IMG/VR virus record: IMGVR_UViG_3300024180_000005
Span: 1 to 64,000 of that record
Length of the DNA: 64,000 nt
Reading direction: 5' to 3' (one strand)
DNA from: a virus
Below the pieces are notes generated by a model. That model was not told the DNA's origin. It saw only the letters and a program-made list of their open reading frames with translations, and did no database searches. The position numbers were made by a program, and so were the translations under genes. Of the stretch, positions 30,276 to 40,055 are shown one piece after another; the first letter of the stretch is position 1; every line of letters begins with the position of its first letter.

Positions 30276-30566
30276 ATGAAGATATTAAGATTTGAAGATT
30301 TTGAAATGACGAATGAGGCATTACCAAGACAACAATCAGTAAATCAGTTAAAAAAAGTTATGAAGATGTCTGCTAAAACAGATATCGGAAATCGTATCTC
30401 TGATATGAACAAGCAAGGTGCTAATATACAATATATTCAAAACCCTATTGATTCGGGTATTGAGTCATATGAAGATTATGAAAAGCATAATAAAAAATTC
30501 GTTTCTTCTTGGAATTTAAAAGGTATGTTGAGTCCATTTAAAGTAAAGAAAGTTAAAGATATATAA
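30276..30566 (+). CDS. Hypothetical protein, CTS-like N-terminus (MKILRFEDFEMTNE)
   Basis: ORF; late box 30263-30271. Confidence 0.75.
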   Translation: MKILRFEDFEMTNEALPRQQSVNQLKKVMKMSAKTDIGNRISDMNKQGANIQYIQNPIDSGIESYEDYEKHNKKFVSSWNLKGMLSPFKVKKVKDI

Positions 30567-30580
30567 AAATAAAACGAGAT

Positions 30581-30901
30581 ATGAAATACTTAAAAAGGTT
30601 TAATGAGGCGATAAATGAAGAATATTTTTCACTGACTGATAAATATAATGAGTTGCCTGATGATATGATATTTCCAAGAACCGAAGGACATGATGAGTGG
30701 TTGAAGAATACACCAACCCATATCAAATTACTTTCGATGCTTTGTGGGTTATTAGATGCTGATTTAGTAGAAAGATTTCAACTCGATAATACTTTTTTTG
30801 TGGCTTTGAAAAATGAGTATGAGTATACTGGATTTGAATTAACAAAAGATGAGGTTATAGAATCTTGTCATAAACTTAAAAAGGAAGGATTTTTAAAATA
30901 A
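30581..30901 (+). CDS. Hypothetical protein, CTS-like N-terminus (MKYLKRFNEAINE)
   Basis: ORF in tandem array. Confidence 0.75.
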   Translation: MKYLKRFNEAINEEYFSLTDKYNELPDDMIFPRTEGHDEWLKNTPTHIKLLSMLCGLLDADLVERFQLDNTFFVALKNEYEYTGFELTKDEVIESCHKLKKEGFLK

Positions 30902-30904
30902 GAT

Positions 30905-31432
30905 ATGAAGAACATAAAGACATATGAAGGATTTTTTGACTTCTTTAAAAAGAAGAAGTCTGAAGACGACCAGATTGGAGAAGACTATCTAAAAAGACTT
31001 AAGAATTTAAAATCCTTTTTAGAAAAAGGAGGTGTATCTCCATATGAGATTGTTTCTAAACACGACATTGATGAGGATAGTAAATATCTTAGATATACTT
31101 TAACATTTGACGACGGTGCCATAAGAATTTGTAAGGTAGAGGCCGATAAAAAATATAGACAAGGATGGAATCTACAAACACAGAAAGAATTCATCGAACG
31201 AGGGTGTGTAAAGAAGAACAATCATGTTCTTTATTTACTTGATATCAAAAGAGTAGAAGAATGTCTTTTAGCAGACTGGACTATATTGGAAGATATTTTC
31301 GAAATGGCAGAATGGTGCTTCAACAAAAACCAGAAAAACATTAGAATAAACAAGATAAAAGGTGATATGAACCCATCAGCGGATCTATTAGATGATGATA
31401 TTTGGGGTGATACTCCTTTAGACAGAAGGTAA
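30905..31432 (+). CDS. Hypothetical protein, CTS-like N-terminus (MKNIKTYE)
   Basis: ORF in tandem array. Confidence 0.75.
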   Translation: MKNIKTYEGFFDFFKKKKSEDDQIGEDYLKRLKNLKSFLEKGGVSPYEIVSKHDIDEDSKYLRYTLTFDDGAIRICKVEADKKYRQGWNLQTQKEFIERGCVKKNNHVLYLLDIKRVEECLLADWTILEDIFEMAEWCFNKNQKNIRINKIKGDMNPSADLLDDDIWGDTPLDRR

Positions 31433-31435
31433 ACT

Positions 31436-32344
31436 ATGAAATACTTAAAACTATACGAACAATTTAGACTTATCTTGGAAAAATTAGATAGTCAAGGAAA
31501 AAAATTATTTTTACTATGTGGACCAAGTGCTACTGGTAAAACTTATTTAGCTGGTCAAATCGGAATTGAACACTGGACGAAATCAACAGATTTTAAAGGT
31601 AATTGTCTAATTACAACTGATGGTGAAGATGGTGAACAAGAAAAAATTACTGAGTTATTGGAAGCAAAAGGTTGTCCTAAGTTAGCAGAGATATCAAAAT
31701 CTGATATAAACAATATTGGTGGAGTTTTTATGATTGCTTATGTAGGTGATGGTGTAGATAAAAAATGGTTTGACCAGTGGAAGAATGAAGCTGATGAAGA
31801 AGAAAAGAGTATTCTAAATCCATTATTTGAGATTCTTACTAAAGAAAATACTTTTTGTCCACAAACGATTACACAACAAGATAGTAGAGTTTTAAAACTA
31901 GCACTAATTTCTTATTTATGGGGACCTGGTACAATTTTATTTGATGATGTTAGACCAACAATCACTAAGTTTTATGATGACATAACAGAGTATATTATTT
32001 ATACACCGATTACTACTTATTTAAGTGATAATCTAGTGAAGAGAACTTCTGGTGAACCTGATATGAATATAAAAGGTAAGATTGAAAAGTTTTTTGAATG
32101 GTTTCAATTATCAGAAACTCCTGATACTTCATTTCCTGATGATAAAAAATACACATTGGACGAGATTGAAGAATCTATGGAAACAATAAAAACAAAAATA
32201 ACTATTGAAGATTTTATCACTATTTCTAAAATAACTGATAAAATGAAAGAAGATGGTTTCTACTTTAAAAAGGGTGGAATTCAAGGAGATAAAGATAAAA
32301 GTCCTGTGTTTAATTCAAGAGGTGGTGATAGTTTATCACTATAA
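31436..32344 (+). CDS. P-loop NTPase/kinase-like protein, CTS-like N-terminus (MKYLKLYEQFRLILE)
   Basis: Walker A GPSATGKT; ILFDD Walker B-like. Confidence 0.75.
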   Translation: MKYLKLYEQFRLILEKLDSQGKKLFLLCGPSATGKTYLAGQIGIEHWTKSTDFKGNCLITTDGEDGEQEKITELLEAKGCPKLAEISKSDINNIGGVFMIAYVGDGVDKKWFDQWKNEADEEEKSILNPLFEILTKENTFCPQTITQQDSRVLKLALISYLWGPGTILFDDVRPTITKFYDDITEYIIYTPITTYLSDNLVKRTSGEPDMNIKGKIEKFFEWFQLSETPDTSFPDDKKYTLDEIEESMETIKTKITIEDFITISKITDKMKEDGFYFKKGGIQGDKDKSPVFNSRGGDSLSL

Positions 32345-32362
32345 AATTTTAATATATAAACT

Positions 32363-32650
32363 ATGAGATATTTAAAAACATTTGAAAACTACAATGATAA
32401 GACTTTGGCAAGGGAGATTGCAGAAGACTTACTACCAAGATTACAAAAAATCAGAGATGAAAAAGGAATCTTTACTGCAAGTATGTTTGATAACTACATG
32501 GAAGAAAGAAAAGGTGATCTTAAGTTAACTGATGAAGTTATGGCAGAACTTGTTGATTTGGGATTCCAATTCGATTATGATGATTCGGAAGATGAAGACT
32601 TTGACGATGATTTAGATGCAGATTCAATATTTAATTATAACTTAAATTGA
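32363..32650 (+). CDS. Acidic-tailed protein, CTS-like N-terminus (MRYLKTFE)
   Basis: ORF; late box 32350-32358. Confidence 0.75.
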   Translation: MRYLKTFENYNDKTLAREIAEDLLPRLQKIRDEKGIFTASMFDNYMEERKGDLKLTDEVMAELVDLGFQFDYDDSEDEDFDDDLDADSIFNYNLN

Positions 32651-32714
32651 ATATTAAAAAAATAAATAAATAATATGAAATTACCTATATTATTAAACCA
32701 TAAATGAAATACTT

Positions 32715-32744
32715 AAAAAAAGACTCATTTTGAGTCTTTTTTTT
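32715..32744. terminator. Bidirectional terminator
   Basis: AAAAAAAGACTCA-tt-TTGAGTCTTTTTTTT; near-copy of the 5234-5267 hairpin. Confidence 0.75.
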
Positions 32745-32919
32745 ATATAAATTTTTGAACTCATATTATTGTATAATTAGTTTCATAATTGAGTTATCTT
32801 CTATCCATGCACATTTAACCATATTACCACCCATTTCTTCGTACATCATATCTTCCGGAAGTTCATTGAACTCTTTTTCTGTAAAGTTTTTAACTTTTTC
32901 CATTATTTATCGATTTTTA

Positions 32920-33090
32920 TTATTTTAATACCATATACTTAACACCATCAACAATCTTAGTAATATACTTACCAGTTTCTTTTTTCTCTACTTTCTTAGT
33001 AGCTCTTTTAGTAGCAGTTTTACCTTTAACACTTTTATCTGTTTCACCATATTTTTGTTTGATAAACTCTTTCATTGAAATTCTTTCCAT
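32920..33090 (-). CDS. Unannotated 56-aa Lys-rich protein
   Basis: MERISMKEFIKQKYG...KYMVLK*; TATCTTTG box 33117-33124. Confidence 0.55.
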   Translation of the reverse strand: MERISMKEFIKQKYGETDKSVKGKTATKRATKKVEKKETGKYITKIVDGVKYMVLK

Positions 33091-33195
33091 AATTATCTTA
33101 TTTTTTTAGTGTTTAACAAAGATAAATAATTTATTCAAATACAAAACATATTTTAAAACCTATTATATAAAACTCATAAATAAAAAATAAATAAA

Positions 33196-33423
33196 ATGGA
33201 AAAACACGATTTACATCACGAGTTTCCTCAACACGAGGAAAGAATTCATGAATTAAAGATTTCTAATAATCATTTCAAGAAGTTATTTGGCGAGTATCAC
33301 CAAATAAATAAAGATATACATAGACTTGAAGTTAGTGAAAACTTTACTGATGATGAACTAACAAAGATTAAACAAAAAAGACTTCATTTAAAAGATGAAT
33401 TATTTAGTATTATAAACTCTTAA
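33196..33423 (+). CDS. DUF465/YdcH-family coiled-coil protein
   Basis: HDLHHEFP...HFKKLFGEYH...KRLHLKDEL. Confidence 0.85.
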   Translation: MEKHDLHHEFPQHEERIHELKISNNHFKKLFGEYHQINKDIHRLEVSENFTDDELTKIKQKRLHLKDELFSIINS

Positions 33424-33527
33424 ATATAAGAAAAATTATTTAAATAACCTAAACTTTTATACAAAAATTTAATATAAATAATAACTAGACAAGGTGTTTA
33501 GTAAATAAAACAAATAAAAAGCAAATT

Positions 33528-34490
33528 ATGGCAAATGAAATGGATGACTTATTCAATGGAGGATTGGATAGTAAAATGGACTTCTTAAACGAAGCAAAAT
33601 CGAGTAACAACAATGACGGAATCTACAGAGTAGATCTTAAATTGACAAAAGATGAGAAAAAGGGATGGAGATCTGTAGTAAGATTTTTACCTAACTTAAC
33701 ACAAGAGGGTAAGATAGGGCAATCTGCGATCGAGAAGATCTCGCATTACGTAGATATTAAATCTGCAAGAGAGTTAAGTGGATGGTTTGATTCTGCGAAA
33801 AACTTTAATGAGAAATGTCCTTTAACTGATTTATACTACCAGATGCAGAATTCTAAAAATGCAGTTTTGATGGAGAAATCAAAACAGTTAAAGTATTCTA
33901 AAAAATACTACTCTTATGTTTTAGTATTAGAAGATGAACAACAACCAGAATTAGTTGGTAAGATTATGGTTTTCCAGTACGGTAAAACTATTAAAGATAA
34001 AATCATGGCTGAGAAAAACGGAGAAATATCTGGAGTTCCTTGTAATGTTTTTGACTTATCAGCTGGAAAGGATTTCGTTCTTGTTGTTAAGAAAATTCAA
34101 ACTGGTGATGAAACATACCCTGATTACAAAATGAGTATGTTTAAAGGAGAAACAACATCTTTACCTATTTACAAAAATGGTATTTTCAAAAATGCACCTT
34201 TAGAAGATGGTAAAATCGCACCGAATGCACAAGCGGTTGTTAAAAATTTCTTATTAGAAAGAAGTGTTGACTTGGAAGATTTCTCACCAAAAAGATTGAC
34301 TGAGGAGCAACAAGTTAAAATTACTGAGATTTCAAACTTTTTAACTGGTAAAGCAAGTTCTTCATTTAGTGGATCTAAAGAGTCTAAACCATCATCAGAA
34401 GATTTTTCTTTTGAGGAAAACTTTTCTGAGAAAGCAACTGCAACATCTACAACCTCTACAGAAGAGGATGATTTCTTTGCAGACCTTTAA
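33528..34490 (+). CDS. T4 gp32-like single-stranded DNA-binding protein
   Basis: SVVRFLP, CP, YYSYVLVLED...PELVGKIMVFQYGKTIKDKI, FDL..GKDF, YPDY, acidic tail DDFFADL; TATAAATA at 33473-33480. Confidence 0.9.
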   Translation: MANEMDDLFNGGLDSKMDFLNEAKSSNNNDGIYRVDLKLTKDEKKGWRSVVRFLPNLTQEGKIGQSAIEKISHYVDIKSARELSGWFDSAKNFNEKCPLTDLYYQMQNSKNAVLMEKSKQLKYSKKYYSYVLVLEDEQQPELVGKIMVFQYGKTIKDKIMAEKNGEISGVPCNVFDLSAGKDFVLVVKKIQTGDETYPDYKMSMFKGETTSLPIYKNGIFKNAPLEDGKIAPNAQAVVKNFLLERSVDLEDFSPKRLTEEQQVKITEISNFLTGKASSSFSGSKESKPSSEDFSFEENFSEKATATSTTSTEEDDFFADL

Positions 34491-34507
34491 TTTTCATTTG
34501 AAACACA

Positions 34508-34542
34508 AAAAAAAACTCTAATTTTCATTAGAGTTTTTTTTT
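34508..34542 (+). terminator. Intrinsic terminator after the SSB gene
   Basis: AAAAAAACTCTAAT...ATTAGAGTTTTTTT. Confidence 0.7.
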
Positions 34543-34586
34543 GTTTCAAATATATAACAGGGTATACCACTTTTAATATATAAAAT

Positions 34587-36548
34587 ATGATAATTAGTAA
34601 ACTAGTATTAGTTAAAAGTTCCAAATATTATAAAAACTTGGGATATGATATAGATGATAAGTATATAAAAGTTGATATATTACATTTACCAAAAGGATCA
34701 CATGTTATGATTTTATCAAAGTGTGATTATTGTAATAATGAGAAAGAAGTTTCATATAAAAACTATAATAGGAATATATCAATAAATGGTAAATTTTCGT
34801 GTTCTATAAAATGTGGAGTTTTAAAATCAAAGGAAACAAATTTAGAAAAATATGGTGTTGAATCAACGAATCAATTAGATTCAAAGAAATATAAATCTAA
34901 AAAGAGTCTGTTAAAAAAATATGGTGTTGATCATGTTTCAAAATTAGAATCTAGTAAAAAATCCAAAAGTATTAAAATGTTATCTAAATCTAATGAAATA
35001 TCCAATAATATTAAAAAATATTGGGAAAGCTTAGAAAGAGATGATATTGAAAGAATAAATAATAAGAGGGAATTAAGTAATATAAAGAAATATGGTTTTA
35101 AAAATGTTTCACAAGTTGAATTATTTAAAGAAAAGGTTAAGAAGACTAACTTAGAGAAATATGGTGGTTATACATATCAATCTAATATTTTGATGAGTAA
35201 GGTAATTGATACAAACTTGGAGAAATATGGTGTAACACATTCATCTAGTAATACTAAAATTAAAGAAAAGGTTAAGAAGACTAACTTAGAGAAATATGGC
35301 TTTGAATGTGTCAGTAAATCACCTATAATTAAAAAGAAGATAATTGATACAAATTTAGAGAAGTATGGCGTTGAAAACATTATGTTTTTACCAAACATTG
35401 TTAAGAATTTGAATGATAAGTTTTATAAAAAATACAAAGTAAATAGTTATTTTAAAACAGATGAATTTAAAAATAGTATAAAGTATAATCCGGTTGCAAA
35501 TGAGATTTTCAGAAAAAATCTTATAATTAACAATCATGAAAATTATATAAGTTATATTTCTAATAATATCTCTGAATTTAAATGTGATTGTGGTAATTCT
35601 CATACTTTTCAAATAAGTAGTGTTAATTTCCATAATAGAAATAATTCAAATCTACCTTTATGTACAATATGTTTCCCAATTGGTGAAAACTCATCTCTTA
35701 AAGAAATTGAATTAAGAAATTATATAAATTCAATTTATGAGGGTAAAATAATAAGTTCGTATAGAGATGGTTTAGAAATAGATATTTATTTACCTGATTT
35801 GAAAATAGGTTTTGAATTCAATGGTCTATATTGGCATTCCGAAGAGTATAAAGATAGAAACTATCACATAGATAAAACAAATTATTTTAAAAATAGAGGT
35901 ATAAGAATAATACACATCTGGGAAGATGATTGGGACAACAAAAAAGAAATAATTAAAAGTCAAATTATAAATTGGATTGGATCATCAACTAATAAAATAT
36001 ATGCAAGAAAGTGTGAGATTAGAGAAGTTGGTCAGTTAGATTATAAACTTTTTTTAGATAATAATCATATACAAGGTTTCATAAGATCAAAAATAAGAAT
36101 TGGTTTATATTATAAAGATGAATTGGTTAGTTTGATGACATTTGATAATTTAGAAGGTAGAAGAGTAATGCAAGAAGGTGGGTGGAATTTATCTAGGTTC
36201 TGTAATAAATTAAATATAAATGTAATCGGAGGGGCTTCTAAGTTATTAAAACATTTCATAAAATATTATAAACCAAATAGGATAATTAGTTATGCAGACT
36301 TAAGTTGGAGTAATGGGAAGCTTTATTATAAATTAGGATTTGAATTATCTAATATATCAAAGCCTGATTATAAGTATATAAACGAGAGTGTTCGTATAAA
36401 CAAACAAAAATTTACAAAAAGTAGGTTAAGAAAACTAGGATATAATACTTCCAGAACAGAAGATGAAATAACTAAGGAATTGGGTTTATCAAAAATATAT
36501 GGTTGTGGTCAATTAAAATTTGAACTTTTACTAGATAAATTACTATAA
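34587..36548 (+). CDS. Homing-endonuclease-like (Hef-type) protein with ~8 KYG repeats; paralog of 26499-28235
   Basis: CDYC, TNLEKYG repeats, identical SYRDGLEIDIYLPDLKIGFEFNGLYWHSE block, NHIQG, LSRFC, GGASKL, SYAD; late box 34574-34582. Confidence 0.82.
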   Translation: MIISKLVLVKSSKYYKNLGYDIDDKYIKVDILHLPKGSHVMILSKCDYCNNEKEVSYKNYNRNISINGKFSCSIKCGVLKSKETNLEKYGVESTNQLDSKKYKSKKSLLKKYGVDHVSKLESSKKSKSIKMLSKSNEISNNIKKYWESLERDDIERINNKRELSNIKKYGFKNVSQVELFKEKVKKTNLEKYGGYTYQSNILMSKVIDTNLEKYGVTHSSSNTKIKEKVKKTNLEKYGFECVSKSPIIKKKIIDTNLEKYGVENIMFLPNIVKNLNDKFYKKYKVNSYFKTDEFKNSIKYNPVANEIFRKNLIINNHENYISYISNNISEFKCDCGNSHTFQISSVNFHNRNNSNLPLCTICFPIGENSSLKEIELRNYINSIYEGKIISSYRDGLEIDIYLPDLKIGFEFNGLYWHSEEYKDRNYHIDKTNYFKNRGIRIIHIWEDDWDNKKEIIKSQIINWIGSSTNKIYARKCEIREVGQLDYKLFLDNNHIQGFIRSKIRIGLYYKDELVSLMTFDNLEGRRVMQEGGWNLSRFCNKLNINVIGGASKLLKHFIKYYKPNRIISYADLSWSNGKLYYKLGFELSNISKPDYKYINESVRINKQKFTKSRLRKLGYNTSRTEDEITKELGLSKIYGCGQLKFELLLDKLL

Positions 36549-36557
36549 TAAATAAAT

Positions 36558-36625
36558 GCAGTGTTAGCATAAGTAATGCGCTATACTACCAGTATAGAGA
36601 TTCTGTTCAAATCAGAACACTTGCT
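36558..36625 (+). tRNA. Degenerate tRNA-Gly-like element, anticodon ACC
   Basis: D arm GCAT/ATGC, anticodon arm CTATA-CTACCAG-TATAG, T arm TCTG-TTCAAAT-CAGA, acceptor GCAGTGT/ACACTTGC with a bulge, discriminator T, then CTA. Confidence 0.6.
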
Positions 36626-36644
36626 CTAAAAAATAAAAATCATT

Positions 36645-37604
36645 ATGAGTCTAAATAATAAGACATTTAAAGACAACAAAACCGGTGAAATTATAAAAGT
36701 AATTGATTCGTTTGAAAATATAGCAATTCTAGAAAATAAAACTAAAATTGATAAAAGGAGACTTATGGATCCAAATCATTTTACAGAACAAATAGATCCT
36801 TCTTCATTTTTCAATACACAAAATGCATATGATGATTTATTTGAGAAAATAAAAACCATTCCAACGGATAGATTACCTGATGATAATGGTGAGATTAAAC
36901 CAGTAGTAAATATCGATAGTAGGTATACACCACCTGTAGAAGATGATAGTGCGGTGATATATGGTACTATTGATGATGAGAAGGAAGAGTTGGCTAGAAA
37001 ATATGGAGTTAATAATGTTAATACTGAATCTACTTCTCGACAAAATGAAGTTTTTGCTAAAATACTTGGGGATAGTGAAGAATTAAATGAGTTACCTTTT
37101 GTAGATTCAAAATCTTTTACCAATGAGGAACCACATGTTCAAAGTGTTGATGTTGATAGTAATAACGAAAAGGTATATTTACAACCCAAAGAAGATCCCA
37201 TTTACACAATGTTTAGAGGTGTTAAAAGATCAGTAAACTTCAACCTTGATTTGAAATTGGAAAATAAAATACCAAGATTAGATTTCATAGAAATGATGGA
37301 AGACTCATACGAAAAAAGTATTATTGACTTTTTGGCCGAGGAATTTATGAATGAATTATTAAAAGACCCAAAGGTTTTAAAAGAAAGTATAAAGGCGAAA
37401 ATAAGTGAAATGGTTTATAAGAAAAAAACTACAAGAAAGTCAGTTGCTAAAAAGCCAGTTGCTAAAAAATCAGTTGCTAAAAAGCCAGTTGCTAAAAAAT
37501 CAGTTACCAAACCAATTTCGAGTAAAAGAAATCTTAAAAGAGACTTAACAGACTCGACAAAAGATATAAATATAGTAAAAAAAGAGACTGAGCAAAATGA
37601 TTGA
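36645..37604 (+). CDS. Hypothetical protein with histone H1-like AKKP/AKKS repeat tail
   Basis: 319-aa ORF, KSVAKKPVAKKSVAKKPVAKKSV. Confidence 0.75.
   Translation: MSLNNKTFKDNKTGEIIKVIDSFENIAILENKTKIDKRRLMDPNHFTEQIDPSSFFNTQNAYDDLFEKIKTIPTDRLPDDNGEIKPVVNIDSRYTPPVEDDSAVIYGTIDDEKEELARKYGVNNVNTESTSRQNEVFAKILGDSEELNELPFVDSKSFTNEEPHVQSVDVDSNNEKVYLQPKEDPIYTMFRGVKRSVNFNLDLKLENKIPRLDFIEMMEDSYEKSIIDFLAEEFMNELLKDPKVLKESIKAKISEMVYKKKTTRKSVAKKPVAKKSVAKKPVAKKSVTKPISSKRNLKRDLTDSTKDINIVKKETEQND
37441..37505. repeat. Exact 30-bp tandem duplication (15-bp subunits) within a CDS
   Basis: CAGTTGCTAAAAAGCCAGTTGCTAAAAAAT x2 plus partial. Confidence 0.9.
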
Positions 37605-37998
37605 TGAGAGATTTTTAACAGCTGCAATAAATATTAGAAGAACCTATTTAAAACTAACTTCTAATTTAGATTTATATAAAAATAAGGCAGAAGTAACTTT
37701 ATTAAAGTTAGAGAAGGCATACGATGATCTTGAGAAATTAAATATAAGGATAAAAGAAGGTAAAAAAAATGGGTCGGATGATGAAGTTAAAGACGACTTG
37801 TTAAAAATATTCTCAGAAATTGAGGATGAGGGTAATAGAATCGAGAAATTTTTAGAACCTTTAAATAAAGAAATTGAAAAGTTGGCAATTGAAGAACAGC
37901 AGTTATATAGCAATATTTGTAAGGCTCATTCAAATTTATCTGAAGATGATATAGTAGATATTGTCAGAAAAAGATTGACAAAAGAAAACCTCTTGTAG
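37597..37998 (+). CDS. Coiled-coil hypothetical protein
   Basis: ORF overlapping previous; terminator at 37982-38020. Confidence 0.7.
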   Translation: MIDERFLTAAINIRRTYLKLTSNLDLYKNKAEVTLLKLEKAYDDLEKLNIRIKEGKKNGSDDEVKDDLLKIFSEIEDEGNRIEKFLEPLNKEIEKLAIEEQQLYSNICKAHSNLSEDDIVDIVRKRLTKENLL

Positions 37999-38049
37999 TA
38001 GCGAGAGGTTTTCTTTTTTTATATATAATAAAAAGATTTCAACTCTCAA

Positions 38050-39987
38050 ATGGCTAAAATTTCAAAATATGTTAAGTTAGATAGAGATATATTATTAGAA
38101 TATATCTATAATGATGGTAACATGATTAGTGACCAGTATAAAATACTGGTTGACTCAAGAGATAACAGAAGATCGTATATAGCAGGAGACTTAAGTGGTA
38201 CAGGTAATACAAATATTAAAGGTCAAGAGAATCAACTTTTTAAGTTAGATTCTGTTTCTGGAAAATATGGTATCGTAAACCCAGATTATTACTCATATCT
38301 TCAGTATAAAGAATTTTCTTCTAGTATTCCTGTTAGACATGATACTATTAAAGTTCATATACCAATAAATTGGACTTTTGGTGAACACTTAGGTTTCTAT
38401 ATCAGAGTTTATACTTTAGATGAGACCAATACAAACCCATTTGAGATTTCCAATTTCTATTTTGATATGACAAATGTTTCTCAGCAATATTTGTTAAACT
38501 ATTCTACACCACCTTTATTATTTCAAGAAAAACTTTGGGGAAAAACTATAGAAATAGAGGTTCCGGCTATAAATGAAATCGCAACTCAAAAAGTTGATGG
38601 TAGTCCAAAAGAAGATAGTATAAATTACAACCTTACAAATGGTATCGGTTTGAGTATAACTGCACCAATTTTTATCGACTTTTTCTTCATTGATGGTATA
38701 CAAAAAGTTAATGGTATATCAACATACATACTTGCAGGAAAAGTAACAACTACAATCCCACAAACTCCAGAATTTGAAAGATTAGGTCTTGTTGTAAAAC
38801 ACTCGACGGAAGGGGACTTTTTTGAAATTCACGGAACCTATAATGATAATATTGCAGAATTCAAAAAGTTCATAGATGATTCATTTACTATGGGACATAG
38901 ATACTATGTACAATATAACATAACAACATATGAACAAAATATTCGTGGGAAAACAACAACTGTAACTGTTCATGATGGTTTTAATGAAACAATAGAATAT
39001 AGACCAATTATAAAATTTTCTACTACAACCGCAATAATAGATGTTGAGATGAGACTTATCGATTCTGTTGATGATTCGTATATTCTAAGGAGAGCATCAT
39101 ATGGTATGTTACAAGATGAAGTTTCTAAATATAGTACAAATATGTTAAAAATAAATTTAACAAATGCCACAAAGCCTAAAATCTATAATGTTAAAAATGC
39201 AATTGATGCATCTTTACTAGGTGTTACTAACGCAATGGGTAGGACTACAACACCAAGAGGTAGAACAAATAATATGGCATCAAGTGGTGCAGGATTCAAT
39301 GTTGGTATAGCAGTAAATAAAGGTGACTTAGGAAGTGGAAATAGTTTTGGTGCAGGTGTTGGTAATAATGGTGGTGTATTTGGTGGTAATTCTAATACTA
39401 CACAAGTACAAACAATAAAGGTTCCTTATCCAGTCCTTGTAGATAAATTTAACATAATAGGTAAATCAGAAAATTCTGTTTTTAATAATAATACCTTCTA
39501 TGGAAATGCAAAAATGCAAATAAAGATATACCCATTTGATAATATAATTAAATTTATAATTGCATCGGGTGATCCATTGAAGCCAGACTATTTAGATATG
39601 ACAGGTTTAGGTGAGATAAAACTTGTTTTTAAAAATGATAACACAACACAGGAGTTTCCATTGATGATAGAATCAAGTGATATAAATCTTAAATTAGGAC
39701 AAATTGTGTTTAAATTACCACAAAGTAAAGTTTTAAGTGTTAAAAAGATATATGAATCAGGTGTAAATATATTTTATATAACATCATTTAATCAGGGAAA
39801 TACTTCTGTAGTTTATACTGGATTATATCAAATATTTGATAATCTTAAAAATGTTTCAGATCTTAATAAAGATTCTGTGGTAGTTGGTAATTCGGCTATA
39901 AATCAAGATCCTAAATTACCTAGAGAAACCGCAGTGGTTACTAGAAAATTAATAACAAGTGAAACGGCACCTACTAAAAAGGGTTAG
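38050..39987 (+). CDS. Large hypothetical, probably structural, protein
   Basis: 645 aa, beta-rich, Gly/Asn linker, adjacent to gp3-like gene. Confidence 0.7.
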   Translation: MAKISKYVKLDRDILLEYIYNDGNMISDQYKILVDSRDNRRSYIAGDLSGTGNTNIKGQENQLFKLDSVSGKYGIVNPDYYSYLQYKEFSSSIPVRHDTIKVHIPINWTFGEHLGFYIRVYTLDETNTNPFEISNFYFDMTNVSQQYLLNYSTPPLLFQEKLWGKTIEIEVPAINEIATQKVDGSPKEDSINYNLTNGIGLSITAPIFIDFFFIDGIQKVNGISTYILAGKVTTTIPQTPEFERLGLVVKHSTEGDFFEIHGTYNDNIAEFKKFIDDSFTMGHRYYVQYNITTYEQNIRGKTTTVTVHDGFNETIEYRPIIKFSTTTAIIDVEMRLIDSVDDSYILRRASYGMLQDEVSKYSTNMLKINLTNATKPKIYNVKNAIDASLLGVTNAMGRTTTPRGRTNNMASSGAGFNVGIAVNKGDLGSGNSFGAGVGNNGGVFGGNSNTTQVQTIKVPYPVLVDKFNIIGKSENSVFNNNTFYGNAKMQIKIYPFDNIIKFIIASGDPLKPDYLDMTGLGEIKLVFKNDNTTQEFPLMIESSDINLKLGQIVFKLPQSKVLSVKKIYESGVNIFYITSFNQGNTSVVYTGLYQIFDNLKNVSDLNKDSVVVGNSAINQDPKLPRETAVVTRKLITSETAPTKKG

Positions 39988-40055
39988 AGGAATCTAAAAT
40001 TAAATATATATAGAAATTACAATTTAATTGTAAATAAAAAATAGTCCCATTAGTT

